Source: Eledone cirrhosa (taxonomy: Eukaryota). From it: a DNA stretch of 64,000 nt. A program made the position numbers and the translations under genes. Every line of letters begins with the position of its first letter. Positions within the stretch are counted from its first letter, which is position 1. The stretch spans positions 29,884,001 to 29,948,000 of the forward strand of contig OZ024746.1 of assembly GCA_964016885.1 (NCBI GenBank), written 5' to 3'. Below, piece by piece: positions 1-14,663 of the stretch. A model generated the notes under the pieces. That model searched no databases. It was not told the origin of the DNA and worked only from the letters and a program-made list of their open reading frames with translations.

Positions 1-10
1 TTTCTATAAA

Positions 11-188
11 AATTGTTTCTACGTTTGGCACAAGGCCAGCAATCACTCAGTGCATTACTGGTACTTTATTTTATCGACCCCGTAAGGATGAACGGCAAAG
101 TTAACCTAGACAGGATTTGAACTCAGAATGGCAAGGGGCGTAACTCTATGCGTCAAAGCATGCCGTCCGACCCTCTACCGATACAGCC
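11..188 (-). mobile_element. tRNA-derived SINE (family S1) copy
   Basis: Reverse complement of the repeat at 4948-5135 (B-box GAGTTCAAATCC; CCTTTCATCCTTACGGGGTCGATAAAATAAAGTACCAG-like core; GGCCTTGTGCC..TAGAAACAATT tail). Confidence 0.9.
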
Positions 189-279
189 TCTGCTCTGCGC
201 CAGCATCGATTACTCAAACGGTATAACGACTACGGACGCATTTATTGCAGCCATACAACAACTATATATATATATATAT

Positions 280-1240
280 ATACATACACTCATCTCCCCA
301 CATCACCACCTTCTCTCTCTACCTTTCACACCTACCCATTCTCTCCCCTGTCCACCGCACCTCCGCACACAGAGACACACAGTCCACAACACATACAGAC
401 CCTTTCTTCAGCTGTCATCCTCCTCTACTGCTATCTCTTCACCCTGCCTTGACCCTCTGACTACTTCCTGTTGCGCGCGTACTCCACATCTCTCCACTTC
501 TGCACCACCTCAAATGGATTTCACACCACCGGCCATCGTTCCAGCTATCCACTCTATAACATGAGAAATATCCAACATCTTATCGCACACTCCAGAACTA
601 CTTTAGGAACATACCCACGAACAAGCATTCACATTTTTTTTCGAACCACGCCACCTACATCCACACCACGTATAAACACAAACACAGACGTGGGTATCCC
701 CACATACACACACCCAGCCTCCGGAATCCAGATCCCCCACCCCTCTGACCTCTCTCCATCCACACGCACGCACACACCGACTTACACCCCACCTCATGTA
801 CACACTGGTTCCTCTTTACCTGAACATGGAACCTCGTTCCTCCCCCAACTCTCACATTCACATACACACACACACACACATACGTACACACATACACAAA
901 CACCACCTTCAGCCCTCCCCGCTCGGACCCCCCACCTCCCTCTCCCAAATACACCCGCCACCACCCCTACACGCCTAACACCCTTCCACCACATGTTTAT
1001 TTTTATGTTTATTTTTATTTTTATTTGTACTTCTAAAATCGTTTTTCCTCCCTTTTCTCCCCCCCTTTTTGAAATGTTTTTCGCTCACTCCCCCACACAC
1101 CTTCGGAACTCTCTTCCTACCCACTTTTCTTCTGATGAAGTGTTTATGCCCGAAACGTCCCCACCACACTCTCAAAAGCGTGAACCTAATAAACTAATAT
1201 TTGTACTGCCTCTCTGTTTTTGTTCCTGTCTAAGATTCAA
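280..1240 (+). mobile_element. Probable decayed Penelope-like element 3' region with degenerate hammerhead motif
   Basis: Bounded by (TA)n. CTGATGA at 1132-1138 and CGAAACGTC at 1151-1159. Downstream AAGCGTGAACCTAAT resembles AAGCGTTAACCTAAT after the hammerhead at 38785. The peptide RNIQHLIAHSR..GTYP weakly resembles a PLE RT-EN linker. Confidence 0.4.
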
Positions 1241-1263
1241 CTATATATATATATATATATATA

Positions 1264-1958
1264 TGAAAACATGGAGAAAAAGACGATTATTAGGAAGAAA
1301 CATTTTTTTTTCCCTTTTTATTTATTTCTCTCTTTTTTTGTGGGTTAGAAAATGATTAAAACGAAATGTTTTACTTTGTGTGAAGTGCTAAGGTATTAGT
1401 TGATTTATTTATTAATTAACAATGGCATTTATTTATTTATTTATATATTTAGTAATTGTTTATTACCGGTTTCAGCATTTTTATGCATTATCAAATGATA
1501 ATAATATGTATTGCTATATTAATACATTTTGATCTGCTTATCTTCAACAAGTATGCCTGTAAATAACATTATTTTTTCTTCAGATTGACTTATTATGCTC
1601 CACATTACGTTCCTTTTGTTCTTTATTCTTTTTTCTTTTCACTTGATAAACATTGTTTGTAAATAACATTATTCTTTCTGTACCATTTCTTTAACATGTC
1701 CAACACCACCATTCTACACCAATAAATATTATTATCATTTGATAATGCATAAAAATGCTGAAACCCGTAATAGACAATTATTAAATATATAAATAAATAA
1801 ATAAATAAATGCCATTGTTAATTAATAAATAAATAAACTAATACCTTAACACTTCACACAAAGTAAAATATTTCTTTTTAATCAGTTTCTAACCCAGAAA
1901 AAAGAGAGAAAGAAATAAAAAGGGAAAAAAATATTTTTTTCTTCCTAGTAATCGTAAA
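1264..1958. mobile_element. Fold-back (long inverted repeat) element in (TA)n
   Basis: Arms ~1282-1510 and ~1721-1955 are imperfect reverse complements (~230 bp). (TA)n on both sides, with a short extra tail on the left. Confidence 0.85.
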
Positions 1959-2053
1959 ATATATATATATGATATATATATATACATATATATATATTGT
2001 ATATATATATATATATATACAATATATATATATATATATGTTATATATATATA

Positions 2054-3705
<1,652 letters not shown>

Positions 3706-3791
3706 TTATTTATTAAAATAACAGATTTTAATAACGGACGTTGATTTTCGTTAATTCCTGAGCTGAAATACGATTCTCGCTAATTTATATT

Positions 3792-3955
<164 letters not shown>

Positions 3956-3966
3956 CATATATATAT

Positions 3967-4033
<67 letters not shown>

Positions 4034-4041
4034 CGAGAGAA

Positions 4042-4073
<32 letters not shown>

Positions 4074-4254
4074 TAACTAATTATATTTGCTACTGTACTA
4101 ATGTCTATAACTACCAACTAGCTGTCACCATAGTCTTCATCACCATCGTCGCATCACCATCATAACCATAACACTCAGCATTATTATTGTCTTTATTACT
4201 GCAACATTGTTATACACATCGTCTTGTAATTCTATCTCTATAACTACTTCCAAT

Positions 4255-4775
4255 AACACCAACACCACCATCAACACTACCACTATCTCCCTCACCATCA
4301 TCTATATTACCAGTCATGATACCAACTCCAACACCAACACTACCACCATCTCCCTCAACACCAACACCACCATCAACACTACCTCTATCTCCCTCACCAT
4401 CATCTATATTACCAGTCATGATACCAACTCCAACACCAACACTACCACCATCTCCCTCAACACCAACACCACCATCAACACTACCTCTATCTCCCTCACC
4501 ATCATCTATATTACCAGTCATGATACCAACTCCAACACCAACACTACCACCATCTCCCTCAACACCAACACCACCATCAACACTACCTCTATCTCCCTCA
4601 CCATCATCTATATTACCAGTCATGATACCAACTCCAACACCAACACTACCACCATCTCCCTCAACACCAACACCACCATCAACACTACCACTATCTCCCT
4701 CACCATCATCTATATTACCAGTCATGATACCAACTCCAACACCAACACTACCTCCATCTCCCTCAACACCAACAA
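4255..4775. repeat. 102-bp C/A-rich minisatellite, ~5 near-identical copies
   Basis: The unit translates as MIPTPTPTLPPSPSTPTPPSTLPLSPSPSSILPV (34 aa), repeated. It is open in several frames. Confidence 0.95.
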
Positions 4776-4947
4776 TACCACCTACTGCCCCACCACCAAC
4801 CATACTACCATCCCTGATACCGCTACCAACACCAAGTATACCGCAATTACAACCATTATTATTAACACCACCAACACAACCAGCAAACACCAGCATCGTG
4901 AACACCGCCACCAGCACAACACGTGTCACCATAAATACTACCATTAA

Positions 4948-5135
4948 GGGCGGTGGATTGGCAGTATCGGTAGAGGGTCGGACGCCATGCTTTCCAGCAT
5001 AGTTACGTCCCTTTACGATCTGAGTTCAAATCCCGCCGAGGTTGACTTTGCCTTTCATCCTTACGGGGTCGATAAAATAAAGTACCAGTAATGCACTGGG
5101 TAATTGCTGGCCTTGTGCCTAAAGTAGAAACAATT
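4948..5135 (+). mobile_element. SINE S1, full-length copy
   Basis: A-box-like TGGCAGTATCGG, B-box GAGTTCAAATCCC, conserved central core and tail. Near identical to copies at 15824, 46546 and 53457. Confidence 0.92.
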
Positions 5136-5289
5136 AATGTTATTATATGTTTCTTTATTAGCCACAGGGGCACAAAAGAAGGGGACAAATACAAAAGGGG
5201 AAGTTTACATACAATAAAAACGTGTAAAATATTATCACAAATGCAATTTAAAAATTAGTCGATTTTCCCCAATAGGAGGAGACATTACA

Positions 5290-8200
5290 TATGGGTAACA
5301 CATACCTCCGAAAAAAAATGTGCAACCCTCATCTCCAAGAGAACGAAGAGTTTGTACTCCTTTCCTTTCCTCCTCTTCTTCCTCAACCTACAGGCTGATA
5401 TAGAGAGAAGGCCCATTCTCGCCACTTTCACCCACCTTTCATAAAACTTGCTGGGGTACAGCACCTCTCTCTCCATCCTGATTCTTCGTCCAAAGTGGTA
5501 TTTGAAAAAAAGAATCACTTGTTGGCCGGAGAGAAAGGTGTCTGACTTCAGCCCTTTCAACATTGTCCACCATACAACCTCTTTCGCCATAGCTATCACA
5601 CAAAATAAAACCGCCTCTCCTTCGTTTTTGAAGGAGGGTGGCGGTTTGATCATGACAATGGACTCGGTGGTCAACCAGATTGGTCCCACCTGGCGACAAT
5701 AGTCGTTCTACATAGCCCCACAGTTCGGTGACGCCCGGACAGTGTATGAATGCGTGCGCGACGGTTTCTTCGTCTCGCACGCACCTCGGACAGATCTTTT
5801 TTGCAGGGTCCCTGTCCGGGCGCCCATGTCTGTAGAGCCTGTCTCGAACTGGTAGATCTCCTAGGTAGCACTGCCAGGCCAGGGACTTTTGGAAGTTGTC
5901 CATCGGTCCCGGACGGAAGGTCCTACCGAACAGACTGGCCAGTTCGTCTTCCTCTACGCCTAGAGTTTCACCGAGAACGTCGTCGCACTTGCTGCGGATC
6001 AACCCTCTATAGAATGACGAAGTAGAGTCTCCACTGATCGCCGAGTCCGCCTGCCAGAGGGCTGTAAGCGCCTGAGCACATTCGATGTGCCAGTCGCCCA
6101 TTTTCCTCGGTCTTTGCTTGACTCAGGACTGCAGCTCGATCAGCGAGACGAGTCGTGGGAAGGCTCGCTTCACAAAAGGGGCCCACACCGGTCGTCCGGT
6201 GAGGAATACGTAGAGATGCCGCAGCCTGAGCGCTTGTTTGCCCATCATAAGCCACGGCAACCCAAGCCCTCCGTTGGAAGGGTGTTGGCAGCAGATGGAT
6301 CTTCTCACCAAAGGATCCCGCCTCTTCCAAAGGAATTGGAAGAGCGCGCGCTCCATTTTGGAGACCGTTTTGACTGGACAAGGTACGACGGTCAAGCGGT
6401 AGTAGATGGCGGACGCTATAAAAGTCTTCGCCACCTCCACTCAACCTTTCAAGGATAGTTTGCACTCGGCCCACTTCTGGGTGAGTGCAAACCCTTGGCC
6501 GACACCTCGTTCCAGTTCTTCTCCACCTGTAGGTCCGGACCAAACCAGACCCCGAGTAGCTTTACTGGTTCTTCCGTCCAGTGTCCGACGACGCCATCGG
6601 AAGGCATCGGTCTGCCTCTGCACGATCCGAGTTGCAAACCGATGGACTTGTCCCAGTTCAGTTTCGCTCCTGTGAACCTTTCGTATTCCTTCAGTAAGGT
6701 GCCGACTTCCTCTATTTGCGAGGCGCTCGACACCATTACTGTCTAGTCGTCGGCGTAGGCCGACGCCGCTTTCCGCAGTCCCGGTTCCAGAAGGATGCCC
6801 TGCAATAGTTCCAACTTCGAGAGTCAGTACGTACAGAAGGGAGGAGAGAGGGCATCCCTTTCGAATGGATCGCGTGATATGGAACGGCTCTGAGAGGTAG
6901 CCGTTCACCTTAACCCTTGAGCAGATGTTGCTGTTGTGCATTGCAGCAATCCAGTCCCTGAACACGGGTCCGAAGCCTGCCGCCTCGAGTACCGCATCCA
7001 GGTAACGATGGTCAACCCTATCGAAAGCCTTAGACTGATCCAAGTTGATCAGGGCCCCACCGAAGCCGGGTTTACACCCTACCCTCTCTATGATGTATCG
7101 CATGAGGTGGAGGTTGTCGTGTATGGACCTGGTCGGGATTGCGCATGTCTGCGCTTCTCCCACCAGGTTCTCGACGACAAGCGTCAGCCTCTTTGCCAAC
7201 ACCTTGGCCAATGGGCCGGAAGTTGCCTATGTCATCCCCCTTATTCTCGTCCTTCCTGACTAGTGTGACTACGCCCCCGGTCACAGAACTGGGAATTCTC
7301 CCGCTCTGTTGCCAGTTGCAGTAGACCGCTTCCAGGAGACAGGAGAATAAGTCCGGCATTGCTACGTAAAATTCGTAGGGTAGACCGTCGAGACCTGGAA
7401 ATTTGCGTTTGCCGCATTGGCCTAGCGCGTCCCCTATCTCACCGGCTGAAATCGGCTTTTCGCAGAACTTTGTCTCGCTGTCCGAGAGTCGCGGTAGGCC
7501 GTCGAGGTATGGACCGAAATCCATAGCCCCTCCCGGCGCGCCGCCCTGCCCTAACAGTTGAGTAAAGTGCCGCTGAAAGGCCGCACGCATCTTCTTCGGC
7601 TCAGGTATCACGCGTCCGTTTTGGTCCTTCAAAGACCGAATCGTGGACTTGTCACTTTTTGCCTCCGTCACTCGGGCCCAGCTAACAGCTTTGGCTCCCT
7701 CGTTTCCCAGAGCACGTATTTTGCTCCTGACAACGCAGCCCTCATGCTTTGCGTCGAAGAACTGGTCCAAGACCGTTCTCGTTGCTAGCACGCTGGCTAC
7801 GTTGCCACTTCTAATTGCCTCTTCTACTTTATCTACCAGTTCTTTCTCGGTTCTATTTCTATCTAATGCTAATTCTTTACTAAAAACTAACGAGTCTAAT
7901 CTAACTGCCCTCTTGAGAGAGTACCACCATCTGTTGTTGACAATGGCCCCTGTCAAGTGCTGTTTAACTAACGTGCTAATCCGTCTACTGTAGGCTTTGC
8001 ATGTCGGTAATGACAAGTTCAGCTTCCAGTAGCCGGGTCCTTGTCTATGGGTTCTATCAAGGTTGACCATGCAGGTCACTAGTTTGTGATCTGAATAGGC
8101 AACCATGAACATTTGTGAACAGCTTAACATGTCCCTATCCTTATTTCTAACTAAAACCCTGTCTAGGTACGATCTAGATGTTCCGCTAAGATTAGTCCAC

Positions 8201-8765
8201 GTCCACAGTGGCACAGTCGGAAAATCTAGTCGATATCTATCGGCCAGGTCAAATAGGCCGATTAACTGTTTGAGGCTGTTACACCCCCCTTTATCGGGAC
8301 ATGCTCCCAGATAGTCCCAACGTGCATCTAGGATTCCATTCCAGTCCCCCACTAAAAGCAAGGAGCGGAACGTTCCCAGAAAAGTCTCTAGACGTTTGAA
8401 GAAGTCTGGCCGCGGTGTCCCGGTGGGGCATATACAGCCACCAGCCTGAAGGCTCCACCTTCACTGCCGTCAACGTCTAGGACCACCAGTCGATCCTCCG
8501 GGTCCAGATGTACCGTCTGTGTTACGAGGCCCAGGTGTTTCCGTAGCAAAACGGCAACCCCACCCCCACCACCCGGCCGACAGAGAGATGCGTAGATCTC
8601 AAAGTCATCGAAGATGGGGGCCAGCTGTCGCTCGCTGTGGATCCTGGACTCGCAAATGGCTACTACATCCGTACTGTGCGACCTGAGGTCGTTTAAGAGT
8701 TTGCCCTGTTTCCAGGGCATCCCCAGGCCGTGTACATTCACACATCCAACTCTTATATTAGCCAT
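5290..8765 (-). pseudogene. LINE ORF2 (APE endonuclease, reverse transcriptase, CCHC), frameshifted
   Basis: EN: CVNVHGL, AICES, AVYAP, LVGDWN, SYLDRV, SDHK, GPGYWKLN. RT: PGLDGLPYEFY, NFRPI, DQSKAFDRV, KGCPLS, AYADD (6746-6760, other frame), KLLGVWF. GGLGLP and CPRC..ETVAHAFIHC. Split over 6 or more ORFs. Confidence 0.92.
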
Positions 8766-9600
8766 GTTGGTTCAGAAAAGTTAAAAGAGGATAAGAAAAC
8801 ATTCACCTCTTCGTCTCCGGGGATCAGGCTGCACGGTTTCCATGGGGTGTTAGAGGGGTTGTCTGGGTGGGTGGTGGTTTCTGGCGGGGTGGCGACGGAG
8901 ATGTTTGGTGGGGTGGGGGTGTCTGGGGTGAGGGTGGGGAAACTGTTTAAAAGGACGCGGTTAATGGGTTTAACACAAGGATTACTCACGTCCTTAGGAT
9001 AGTTTTCCTTTAAAGACTTATAGGTGTCCGCAGGGACCCTAATCATCTTTAAATTAGGTTTGTCTACACAGTTCGAAAAAGTTTTCCCTTCAGTGAAAAC
9101 CGAAGGGTTGTTGGAGATGACCTCCATTAAAGTTTTGTCTTTACTGTTTATGAATGTGTAATGTTCTTGTTGTGTTGCGGTGGTTTTTGTCTGTTGTTCT
9201 TGTGGGAGCTTTCGTTTTGTTGTAGGTGTTTGTGGTTGAGGTGATGTCGTGGTTTTGTTTTCGGGACGGGGGGGTTTTGTTTGTAATGTTTGTGTTGTTT
9301 GTGTTGGTGGTTGTATTTTTGTTTTGTAGTGATGTTTGTTGTTTTTTTTGTTCTTGTGTCTTTTCTTCTTTCTTTTCGAACGGGGAGGCTCTCCCTCATC
9401 ATCACTTGGTGATGATGTGGAGGCTTCGTCCGTTGTGGTGTCTGTGTTATTTGGAAGGGGTATGTTTTGGGGAGCTGTTGTGTTTGTGGGTGTTTTTGCA
9501 GTGGTTTTAGGTGGAGTGAGGCTGGGTGGGACTGTGCTTGCAGGTTGGTTTGTTGTTTTTGTTTTGGTTGTGTTTGCGTGTTGTTGTTGTTGTTTTTGTG
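8753..9600 (-). pseudogene. LINE ORF1 C-terminal remnant (Pro/Thr/Lys low complexity)
   Basis: ORF 9127-8753 ends with a TAA that overlaps the ORF2 start (ATG at 8765) by 13 nt. Upstream low-complexity ORFs lie on the same strand. Confidence 0.6.
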
Positions 9601-10251
9601 GTAGTTACCAATACATCCATAACCAACACCACCACCACCACCACCACCATGACACCTCTACCAGACACGGTACCAGCACTAACAGCATCACCAAAAACAA
9701 CACCAAACCTACTACCACTATCTCCATCCTCAACTGCTTTACTATTACCAACACAACCACAATCAACACCAAAAGCACCACTACTACCACACAGAAAACC
9801 ACAACCACTGACAATACCACAACCACCCACAATACCATAACGCCCACCTCTACATTGAGTAGTCAATTCGTTGATATAGAAATTTCAGTAATAAATTAAA
9901 ATAGAGTTATATAGTTTTTCTTGTAAACATTTTATCGATGACTGAAACTGATCAGCGTTTAAATAAATATATCAATAAATCAACAAATAAGTATTCAATC
10001 ATAAAAATAAATACCAAAATAAATACAAAGTTTAAATATAATTTATTACAAACACTAATTGAATAGAAACATGAAAATATTTCTTAAAACATTCTGAAAC
10101 TCACGTTTTATTGATGTTTTTTATTCCATATCTCAAATCAAATAACATGACATTCCGACAAGATGGCCGTATGGATAATGGGTTCGATTATTTCTCTATA
10201 GATCGATAGTTCAAACTGTGTTGTTGGCACTATGTTATGTTAATCGGAGCA

Positions 10252-10448
10252 TGAGATTGGCAGAATCGTTAAATCATTTAATACAATTCTTTGCGGCATT
10301 TAGTTCCGGCTGTTTACGTTCTGAGTTCAAATCCCACCGAAACGCACTTTGCTTTTCGTCCTTCCTTGGTCAATAAAAGAATGAACCAGTCTAATGCTAG
10401 GGTTCATATTCTCGACTTTCTCCCTCTACCCACAAACTGTTGGCCTAC
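10252..10448 (+). mobile_element. Older diverged SINE S1-related copy
   Basis: TTGGCAGAATCGTTA..CTGAGTTCAAATCCCACCGA..TTTGCTTTTCGTCCT..TAGAAACAATT. Confidence 0.8.
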
Positions 10449-10714
10449 TGCATGAATTAGAAACAATTGTTCTTGTGCTTTTCGGAAGATCAGATGGTTA
10501 ATTTCTGCCACCATTTAACAAACTGTAGTTTTAGCTAACACTCCTGGTCGTAACACTACTAACACCATGTTACCTTATTGTATCATCTGTATTTAGAAGT
10601 CAGGGCAATATACAACCAACTACTAATGCGTGTACTCTTATAGCACTAGATATTATTGAAGCTCTATTTTATTGTAAGCTATTTAGCTACCAGTCGGACA
10701 AGCCGGTAAAAGAG

Positions 10715-11140
10715 CCTTTATGGTCAGTCACTCTACTAGAAACATCAACTAAACTCAACAGAAAGCACATGTTAATGAAACAGTCATTATATGGTCATTC
10801 GTACACAAAATAGCAGCACTATTTTCCTCTAGCCAAAAACTGGGGAGGGGAGGGGGGGCACTCTATGTGATTATTTGACGTTCAAGACATAGCAGCTATA
10901 TTTTCCTCCAGCATAGAATTAACGAGGGACACTATGTGGTTATTTGACGTACAAGACATATCAGCTGTATCTTACTCTAACTTAGAACCAATGAGAGACA
11001 CTATGTGATTGCTCTACCTACAAGAAATAATAGCTAAATTGCCTCAAATATAACAGCGAGGACAGGTCCCAACATGTATTGATTTGACTTGTTAGGAACG
11101 ACAAGCAAATTCCATCGAGCCCTAACTTACCATCTTAAAA
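10715..11140. repeat. Degenerate tandem array (~65-70 bp unit)
   Basis: Recurrent CTATGTGRTTATTTGAC..AAGACATAGCAGCTA motif, ~6 times. Confidence 0.6.
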
Positions 11141-11231
11141 TACAAAAGAACAAAGCAAAAAAAAAAACGAAAGGTATATAGATAATATAATATTGATGTA
11201 ATAAAGTACTACAAAATAAATCTATAGCTTT

Positions 11232-11454
11232 CACGATGGGGTGATGAAAACTTCCCGGCTTTGAGTAAAACGAAATACAGGAGGATCAGTTAATTATGAT
11301 TTTATTTAACATATTCCACTCTCAGACTCACGCACGTATTGCAGTGGTCCTTCAGGTTTTCCAAGCCCTGGACAAATAACTCGGAATGTTGGGTCTCCAC
11401 CCCCAGGCCTCTTAAATATCTTTAAAGCTAAGACCCTTTCAGCACCCCCTTGTA
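11232..11454. mobile_element. Mariner-type MITE
   Basis: Imperfect TIRs CACGATGGGGTGATGAAAACTTCCCGGCTTT / AAAGCTAAGACCCTTTCAGCACCCCCTTGTA. They match the mariner TACGAGGG..GAAAAGT terminal pattern. Confidence 0.7.
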
Positions 11455-11744
11455 TGTTTGTACATAAATATTTATGACTATAATATTTAATACAGTCGCT
11501 AAAAATCCAATGTAAGGATCTTGATTGAATCGTTTCGATTACATGTTTTACTTGATTAGGCCTGATCAGAGTCTAAACAACAGCAATAATATATAACAAT
11601 ATGTAACTAATATATAGTGTTATACAATACAATGTGTGTGTATTTATACAATGTGTGTGTATTTATTTATATAATAACAATATATAGCTACTATGTTGTG
11701 TGTGTTGCAACACAACATGTAATTCTAGGGTTCCAATAATAGAG

Positions 11745-12135
11745 CTTCAGTCGGTTTCGACAATGAGTATTCAGTTGTTCTATGAACTAAGCGCCCAACT
11801 TGTGAATCAACCTGTACGTGGGTGAATATTCCACAGGCACGTGCACCCTTAGCAGAATTCTTAAATCGAATCAGCGTAGGGGAGTACTTCACGAACGCAT
11901 ATCCGAATTCTTAAACTAATCCGAGTGACACAGTGTGGCAAGGCTGGATTCTTGAAATACAGGTACAAACCATTCAACGGACTTCCACATATTTTCCTTC
12001 TAACGAGTTTCACTCACATGTCATGTGCCGTCTCCAAGCTTTCAGAAAAAAAGGTGCTCCAGATGCCATACAGTGGTGTCGAAACCAGGAGCTAATGATT
12101 TTGGGGAAAATTTCTTAACCACTCAGCAATGTTGC
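11745..12135. mobile_element. Second interspersed repeat family (S2), diverged; other copies at ~17810-17930 (inverted), 19290-19530, 21555-21745, 24545-24800
   Basis: Shared GTGRCTGARCATTCCACAGACACGTGTACCCTTAA..GTGACAAGGCTGG-like motif in all copies. Confidence 0.65.
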
Positions 12136-12928
12136 ATCTACGTGTTTCATATAGAATATCTGCTTGTATTTAGGACAAGTAGGTAGAATGGGGGCGGAAG
12201 CATGCTTGGCGTAAATATCTCATTTGATTAGGGTTTCATAATTGCGGACGAACTTCTTAACTAGCCAGGTATACATACAAAAGCTATACTTTTCAAACAG
12301 CGTGAAATTTGTACCTGCCTATAGCTAGTACAAACAAATGGGTAGAAAGGGGGTAAGAGCATAGCGTAGAGGTGTTTATTTGGATTGTGTCAGATGAGAA
12401 CAAGATAAAACATAACAACAACAACAACAGGAATAGCGGCAGTGCCAAGGAAGGTCACGATTCCATAGAGAAGATGCCGAAATATTTTTCAAGTGTTTAT
12501 TGAAATTCTTGTATAAATCTTATGAATATAGACAATAAGATAGATAAAATTTGCAGAAATCTTTCCAGAACACAATAATATCTTTGATGTATGTGGACTT
12601 TAAGATGTCTTATTAGGTTTCCTTTGTGTTAAGCTTTCCGTTGCCATTAATATAAGATCTTTTTATCACATAAGCAAACATACTTTATGAGGTTTGTCTC
12701 TTTGAACAATGTAAAATATATTACATCTATATAAATACACACACACAAACACTCACACATATATTGTATATATATATATATATATATATAATTATACCTA
12801 TATACATATATATGTGTGTGTATATATATTTACATATATATATATACATATGTATATGTGTGTATGTATATATACATATATATATATATATAATATATAT
12901 ATGCGCGCGTGTGTGTGTGTATGTATGC

Positions 12929-12976
<48 letters not shown>

Positions 12977-13009
12977 GCATACATACATACACACACGCGC
13001 GCATATATA

Positions 13010-13102
<93 letters not shown>

Positions 13103-13113
13103 CACACATATAC

Positions 13114-13161
<48 letters not shown>

Positions 13162-13565
13162 ATATATATATATGTCAATATGTTGTTTCATAAATGGTTC
13201 AAACTGTTGGAAGAATACCACAATATTGTTTGACAAAATTATATGAGAAAGTATTAGAACATCTGAGATGTGATGAGATTTTGGGAAACTTGTGCCAAGT
13301 TAATTCTCTAAAAGGTTTTTTCCTTTAGTTGCCCTATACTCTTTCCATTTAATAAATGACACTGCGTTATTATTATTATTATTATTATTAATAATAGAAA
13401 CAATTATTATTAAAGTAGAAACAGTTATTATTATTATTAATACTACTACTAATAATAAACCAAATATGACTGCATGATGAAAATGGTTGCAGATCTAGAA
13501 ATGAAAAGAAATTACATTTACTCACAAAACAAAGGAGGTAGATTGCGGACGAATTCCACATGATG

Positions 13566-13764
13566 GTGTAGGACAGAACAAAGGAGAGACACAAAATAGT
13601 CACTGACGAGGTCCTCAGAATGTGTGACGAAAGAGCTTTGACAATATATAAACAACCTTCCGGTTATCGAACGAACGAACCAACCAACCAGAAACCTATA
13701 ATAAATTGAAGCGAAAACCACAGGTGCGTGTGTATTTAGTAGCAGCATGACCCTCCCGAAGTAT

Positions 13765-13770
<6 letters not shown>
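13566..13770 (+). mobile_element. Non-autonomous PLE-related element (family B) carrying a hammerhead
   Basis: Homologous to 37640-37836. Ends CATGACCCTCCCGAAGTATAACAA-(TA)n, like the PLE 3' end near 40388. Confidence 0.8.
13599..13642 (+). ncRNA. Type I minimal hammerhead ribozyme motif
   Basis: GTCA-CTGACGA-G-GTC..GAC-GAAA-GAGC-TT-TGAC. Stem I GTCA/TGAC, intact core, minimal stem III. Confidence 0.7.
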
Positions 13771-13817
<47 letters not shown>

Positions 13818-13911
13818 TAAATGAAAAATGGCGTGCTGTGTTGTTGCATATATGATATACAAATTAAAATGAAGAATTAGAAATTGAAGCCAGTATATAT
13901 ATATATGTGTG

Positions 13912-13994
<83 letters not shown>

Positions 13995-14613
13995 ATGAAA
14001 CGTCAAGACACCATGTTAGCTCTCACGATAGACAGCCAAACTAACAAAATGGAAGTGATGTAAGGATACTTAGGACACAAACCAGCGCACACTTAGGCAT
14101 TTAAAAGGTAATATAAAACATGGAATGAAAACACTAAAGTATTATAGAGTAACAGCATCGATTTCTCCAAGCTATCATATACAGCGATAAGAGAGCAGTA
14201 GATTCAGTGAGCTTTGTCTTGATGGAATACAGATGATAAATGCATGAGATACAATGGATCGCATATATAAAATATACAAGGAATAAACATGGAACACGAA
14301 AGATGTATATCGCATTGATTTCAGTTGTTGCCTATGACTGATAGATGGGTTAGAATAAAGAGAGAAGTATGCTATAGATTGATTCTGTAATAGAAATATC
14401 CACTAGAAATTGTAGACTACATATTGCCTAATTTTGATAGAATCATAATATAATTCAGAGGAAACATTGAATGTTGTTGGTTGGTTAGAATTCGTACAAA
14501 ATAATGTTTGTGATGTTGTTTCAATGTGTCCTGGCTGTTCTGAGAGACTGAACTTCCAATCTTGGATGCAAGTATTTAATTGCATTGTAACAGATTCACT
14601 AATCTATATTTGA

Positions 14614-14663
14614 TCTTGCCTGATCACCCTGTGATAAACAGGCGAAACTCCAGAGTAGCAAGA
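14614..14663 (+). ncRNA. Type I hammerhead motif with mutated core
   Basis: TCTTGC-CTGATCA-CCCTGT..ACAGGC-GAAA-CTCCAGAG-TA-GCAAGA. 6-bp stem I, 5-bp stem II, 4-bp stem III; G8 is C. Confidence 0.6.

Larger units (their letters stand above)
5140..9600 (-). mobile_element. L1/Tx1-clade LINE, 5'-truncated and decayed
   Basis: ORF1 remnant, then ORF2 with APE, RT and C-terminal zinc knuckle. AATAAA on the minus strand near 5155-5160 marks the 3' end. GC content is high relative to the flanks. Confidence 0.9.

Noticed and set aside
4948-5045. tRNA gene (A/B boxes)
   Set aside because: SINE head; no cloverleaf, and always fused to the same core and tail.
12376-12520. Minus-strand hydrophobic C-terminal helix or Cys-rich exon
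   Set aside because: Driven by a (GTT)n run; the helix frame has an upstream stop and there is no recognisable homology.
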